A DNA stretch of 64,000 nucleotides, taken from assembly GCA_002269645.1 (NCBI GenBank), contig NIVC01000179.1, forward strand, positions 62,001-126,000, written 5' to 3'. Under the pieces are notes generated by a model that did not search any database, was not told the DNA's origin, and saw only the letters and a program-made list of their open reading frames with translations. This document shows, piece after piece, positions 59,761-64,000 of the stretch. The stretch comes from Macrostomum lignano (taxonomy: Eukaryota). Position numbers and translations under genes: made by a program. Numbering within the stretch: position 1 is the stretch's first letter; each line of letters opens with the position of its first letter.

Positions 59761-62700
59761 CTGTCGCTCTCTATCTAAAAGTTCTGGCGCTATCCTAGCT
59801 AGCCTAAAAGTTTAAATTTCTAAAAAAACAAGCTGGACATTCCCTGATGCAACCAAAATATAACTCTTGGATAGTACTGAGCTTGACTGCACTCGGGTTT
59901 CGGGACAGTGGGTCCAGTAAAAAGTTTATGAGCCGGCGGCTTGCCTTCTTTGATCCCAGCCCAGCACTAGGAGCAGGAGGGGAAATTCCCAACGTTCGTC
60001 GTGCGCATGATAAAATCGGATCGCTAAATAGCCCCCCCCCACAGATGGTGGGATAAATGCACCCGGAGATTCCGGAGATTTAGACAACACGTTGTTAAGT
60101 AGTCCTTGGATTTAGATTGGTAGATTCAGCATAGAGTCTGCGCCGGACCATTGGTAAAATTTGAACAAAAAGCGACGAAAATGTGACATTTTTTGTTGAA
60201 TCCCTTGCAGTCACCATGGTGATCTGACAATGACCAGAAAAAATGATTAGGCTTTCAGTTGTTGCAATGCCAAATAAATGATACCTTATATTATATTGCT
60301 CCGTGACCTTTTTGCAAATAGCATTTTGCAAATCGGCGACCATCTTGGCTAATTTGGTTCATTCAATAGTTGAATAGTCTATGGTCATAAGTTGGAGCTT
60401 CGACCCACACCCAATTCCGGCCCAAATGTCTATGGTACAATACCAGTAATACAACTGACGGCGCCTGGAACTAGACCCAATCACGTGGGTCGTGGGTGGA
60501 GGTCTCTCACGTGCTTCACTTGCGGAGGGAAGTATGCGTGTGCATTGCCAGTCCAAAAGAAACACTATTAGACACAGTGTTAGCCATGAATTTTATATTT
60601 GGGTTCAAATGGAATACCGTCCATGATATCCACTGGCTTTAGAGAGGCTTGGCTGAGTCATGTGACATGCTAGACAAGGCCAGACGCGCATTGTCGGTCC
60701 CGTGCTCAGCGCTCCACTCCTCTTTCTTTTTCCTCGCATGAGTCACTCACTCACTCGCTTTCCTCTCAAGCCTGGGCTGAACTCGCGCGCACACTTAGCA
60801 TGCCGGGGGGGGGGGGTTGCCACAGCCTGCCCAGAGCTCTCTTTTCCAAGTCCTATAATAGCTGAGCAAGGATGGGGCGTGCGTGCGGTCCACCCACCAA
60901 CCCTCCCTGCCCCCAGGGGAGTCTGAGCTCAGAGCGCAACCCTGGAGCGCAAGATGACTCAACGGCGTACAGTCTGAAAGAATTGCCTGTAACAGTCTCC
61001 TTACTATCCTTGCAATAGCGCTTGAAATGTGAATTTTTCAATCAATATCAAATAAACAATGAGGAGCAAATCAATAAAGCATGAAGTCAATAGTCAATGC
61101 TTGGGGCCTAGCAGCCGACTTAAATAAGCTTCAGTCGGATACATACATAAAATTTTTGGCTGATCTCTCCTTTCCATTTTCCTGAATTTCCTGAATAGGT
61201 CGCATTAGTCAACAAGCATGACTCATCTGAAACACACTGAGGCAGCAGCTAGCTCTGTGAAAATCCTCTCGCTAAACAAAGACCGAATAGCTTAGCTATC
61301 CACGATTAATGCAGGTCTTTAGCTCCAAACATGAACAGACAGGAAATTGTAAGAATTTAGTTTTGTCTTGGCTCGGGACTCGATTAAGTATATGAATATG
61401 TATTTAGCACGGCCGAGAGAGGGGAGCGAAGTCTGCGAAGAGACGGGGAGCAAGTTAAATTATCGTTAAAAATGATGACAAAAATCGAACTAAATGAATT
61501 GGAAAAATTGCGCGATTAATTTAAGAGAAATTACACAAGCTGTGCGAGAAGACGGAGAATGAATAGAGCAAAACACAACACCAATTAGCGTGCTCGGGTG
61601 TTTAACTTAATACAAAAATCAGTATTTGAGGTTGTCCGCGGAAAAATTCTGGGGCTTTGACTTTTCCAAATGAATGGTAAATCTCTTGATAACAAGTGCA
61701 AAAATAGCCTTGAATGATGATATGACAAAGTTCTGATTCGGAATTCTCAGTACTCATCAGCCGGTGTCGGAAACACACGTCGCTAGCGAATCACAAGACC
61801 GCTTCCAAAATGTGGGAGACCTTGCCGAGTCATGACCTCACAGGTGCTGTACAGCTCACTAATTCATAATTCGGATTCAATAATTCAATGTTTCCATATC
61901 TCGGCTCGGTCTCCTCCACATTTAGGAACCTCTAGCTTTGCACCTGAGTGAGCAGTGTTTAGAAAATATAGCAGACGAGTGTTCTCAGACGCACAGATAT
62001 ACTCCAAGCATAGTGGGAGATATGATATAGGGCGGATATTTATAAATCTATTGTCACGCAGAGGGGGGAGATGCAGAATTGTTATCGCGGATTAGAACTT
62101 CTGGTCAGAGCAATTTGCTATATGAAGTATGAATAAATGAAATATAATATATAGAGTCCATATTCCATACCGATATTAGCAGCAACAATCCAGCAGTAAA
62201 AATGTACACGGAGCAGGTGAGGGCACCATTTTCAAACGATCGCAACAGGTGGTGTTAAATTTGAAAAAAAAACTATCGCATTGGTTTTGCAGGCGAAAGT
62301 GCAAATATCGAACAGCGATGCAGACACAAAAACTCGATGATCACACCCGCACAAAGATATTGCCTATGTTAGCAAAAATAGTCGACACGTAGCTGGAACA
62401 GTGGATTAAAATAATTTATCATAGCGGCTAGATTCGATCAAACTATATAAAATGGGAGGGCATATCTCAAACATCGAATTTCTGGGGGGGGGGCGATTTG
62501 CGGGTACTCGAATTAAATGATTTTAGTGCCATCAGCTGAGTAAAATGCACTGCAGTTGTTGTGCTTGGATTTGCAGCCATATAAAGCAATAGAAAAATAC
62601 CTAAACTATATGCTGGATCTCTCGACGTGAAAAGCTATCTAGATATAAAAGTACGCACAAAATCTCGTTAAAAAATTGTCAGTTAAAGCGTACAGTCCCG

Positions 62701-64000
62701 TCTTCAGCTAGGAGCGCACAGTGCAAACATCTTTTTCGATGAAAATTGTTGACTAATAAAATTAGGATTAAAATAGATTCAATGGGAAAACCAACTATTA
62801 GGAGAGCTGCGATTGAGAAGCGTCAGTTAGAAAAATAGAGAATGCGGATGCCAGGCCGTTCGGACAAAATTGCAAATTCGCACAGCTAAATGCCTGCCTA
62901 ATTGACAAACGGAAAGGAAAACTGCTCTGATTTATAGTTGCTTTTGTTTAGGGATTTTTTTTAGAAAAAAAGCTATCGATGAATAAACGCAGGCAGCGGT
63001 TAGAAAATCTGACCGAAGTACAAAAAGATCGGCAGTGGCAGCGTCATTGAAGTTCGCGTTTAAGTCTCTAGCAAAAAATAAACCAAGCAGTGGCCATCCA
63101 TTGCGACAAGCTGAGTAAAAAATAGGAGTTAAAAATATTGAACGAATTTGAGAGCCGCGAATTGAAAATGTGGGGTGAGGGGCACTTGTTAAAGCTGCTG
63201 AAATGAGTTGATGGATAGCACGGACAGATGGTAGAACCGGTAAATTTGTCTAAAAAATTTCATCTAAAAACTGTTTCTAAAAAGTGTTTAAAACTGACGT
63301 AAATCGAGGATCCAATTTGCGGGGTTTCAATACATTAGCAGGCAGATAACTATGGTAGAAAATTCGCTGATTTGTAACAGATTTGCAGCAAGAATATCCG
63401 AAGGGAGCAGCGGACAGTCACCGAGCTTGGATCAGCTAATTTATAAACGCAGAGTTATAATAGTTGAAAAATGAATTCGGACATCATTATGTACAGTGCG
63501 CAACGCCTACAGTCAGACTGCATTGGAATTAACAGTGACAATTGTGAGAGCAATATCGATTAGCCAATTGATTAATTCCCGCAAATGCATCCAGTCCTAC
63601 TGCATCTATACAGAGATAAAATATATGTATATAATATAGTATATATATATTCGACATAGTATATATATATATATGTATAACGTAAAACGCAAAATTGCTA
63701 ATGATATTTAACTTAGTGGCGAGGTACTACGAAAATACGAGCATTTCAAGTAGCAAATAGACCTTTGTGAGGCGCCTTGAAATACTGTACCAATAGATAA
63801 ATAGATTTATATGCAGAAATAGACTATAATATAGGAATTTGATAGGCTATCTCCGCTTTAAAGCAAAATATTAATAAAAAACTTTCATAGCAAATGATAG
63901 ATTTGTAATTAAAAAAAGAGAAATTTCAAAAAAACGCGCGCCGACCTTATAGTAGGAAAATAGAAAATAGAGAAGCAATGAACTTTGCGTCAGTGCAAAA

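Noticed and set aside
59800-64000. AT-rich non-repetitive region, possibly an old DNA transposon
   Set aside because: No long ORF, terminal repeats or catalytic motifs are visible; needs a repeat-library search.

Overview
Eukaryotic (metazoan) genomic DNA with GT-AG introns, GC-rich exons and roughly one third of the window in locus-specific mini/microsatellites. The style suggests a free-living flatworm such as Macrostomum, but this is inference only. Three genes are well supported. (1) A multi-exon cytosolic carboxypeptidase of the AGBL2/AGBL3 (CCP2/3) type lies on the minus strand, ~31.6 to ~12.9 kb; all exon phases were checked by hand, and it has two alternative 3' ends. (2) An intronless Shaw/Kv3-like potassium channel (22163-23524, +) is nested antisense in a CCP intron; its S4 lacks the three outer gating arginines. 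(3) A three-exon TRP channel (48533-41378, -) has an ankyrin-repeat N-terminus in the same exon as a TRPM-type MHR4 region, followed by a TRPM-type membrane/TRP-box body. Also present are two orphan ORFs, three copies of a tRNA-derived SINE, a decayed LINE C-terminus and ~30 tandem arrays. The most notable observations are the ankyrin-TRPM chimera, a minisatellite of perfect RFX X-boxes in intron 1 of the cilia-associated CCP gene, the charge-depleted Kv, a foldback-like pair of inverted arrays, and a minisatellite derived from a SINE head. Most ORFs in the supplied track are artefacts of the repeats.
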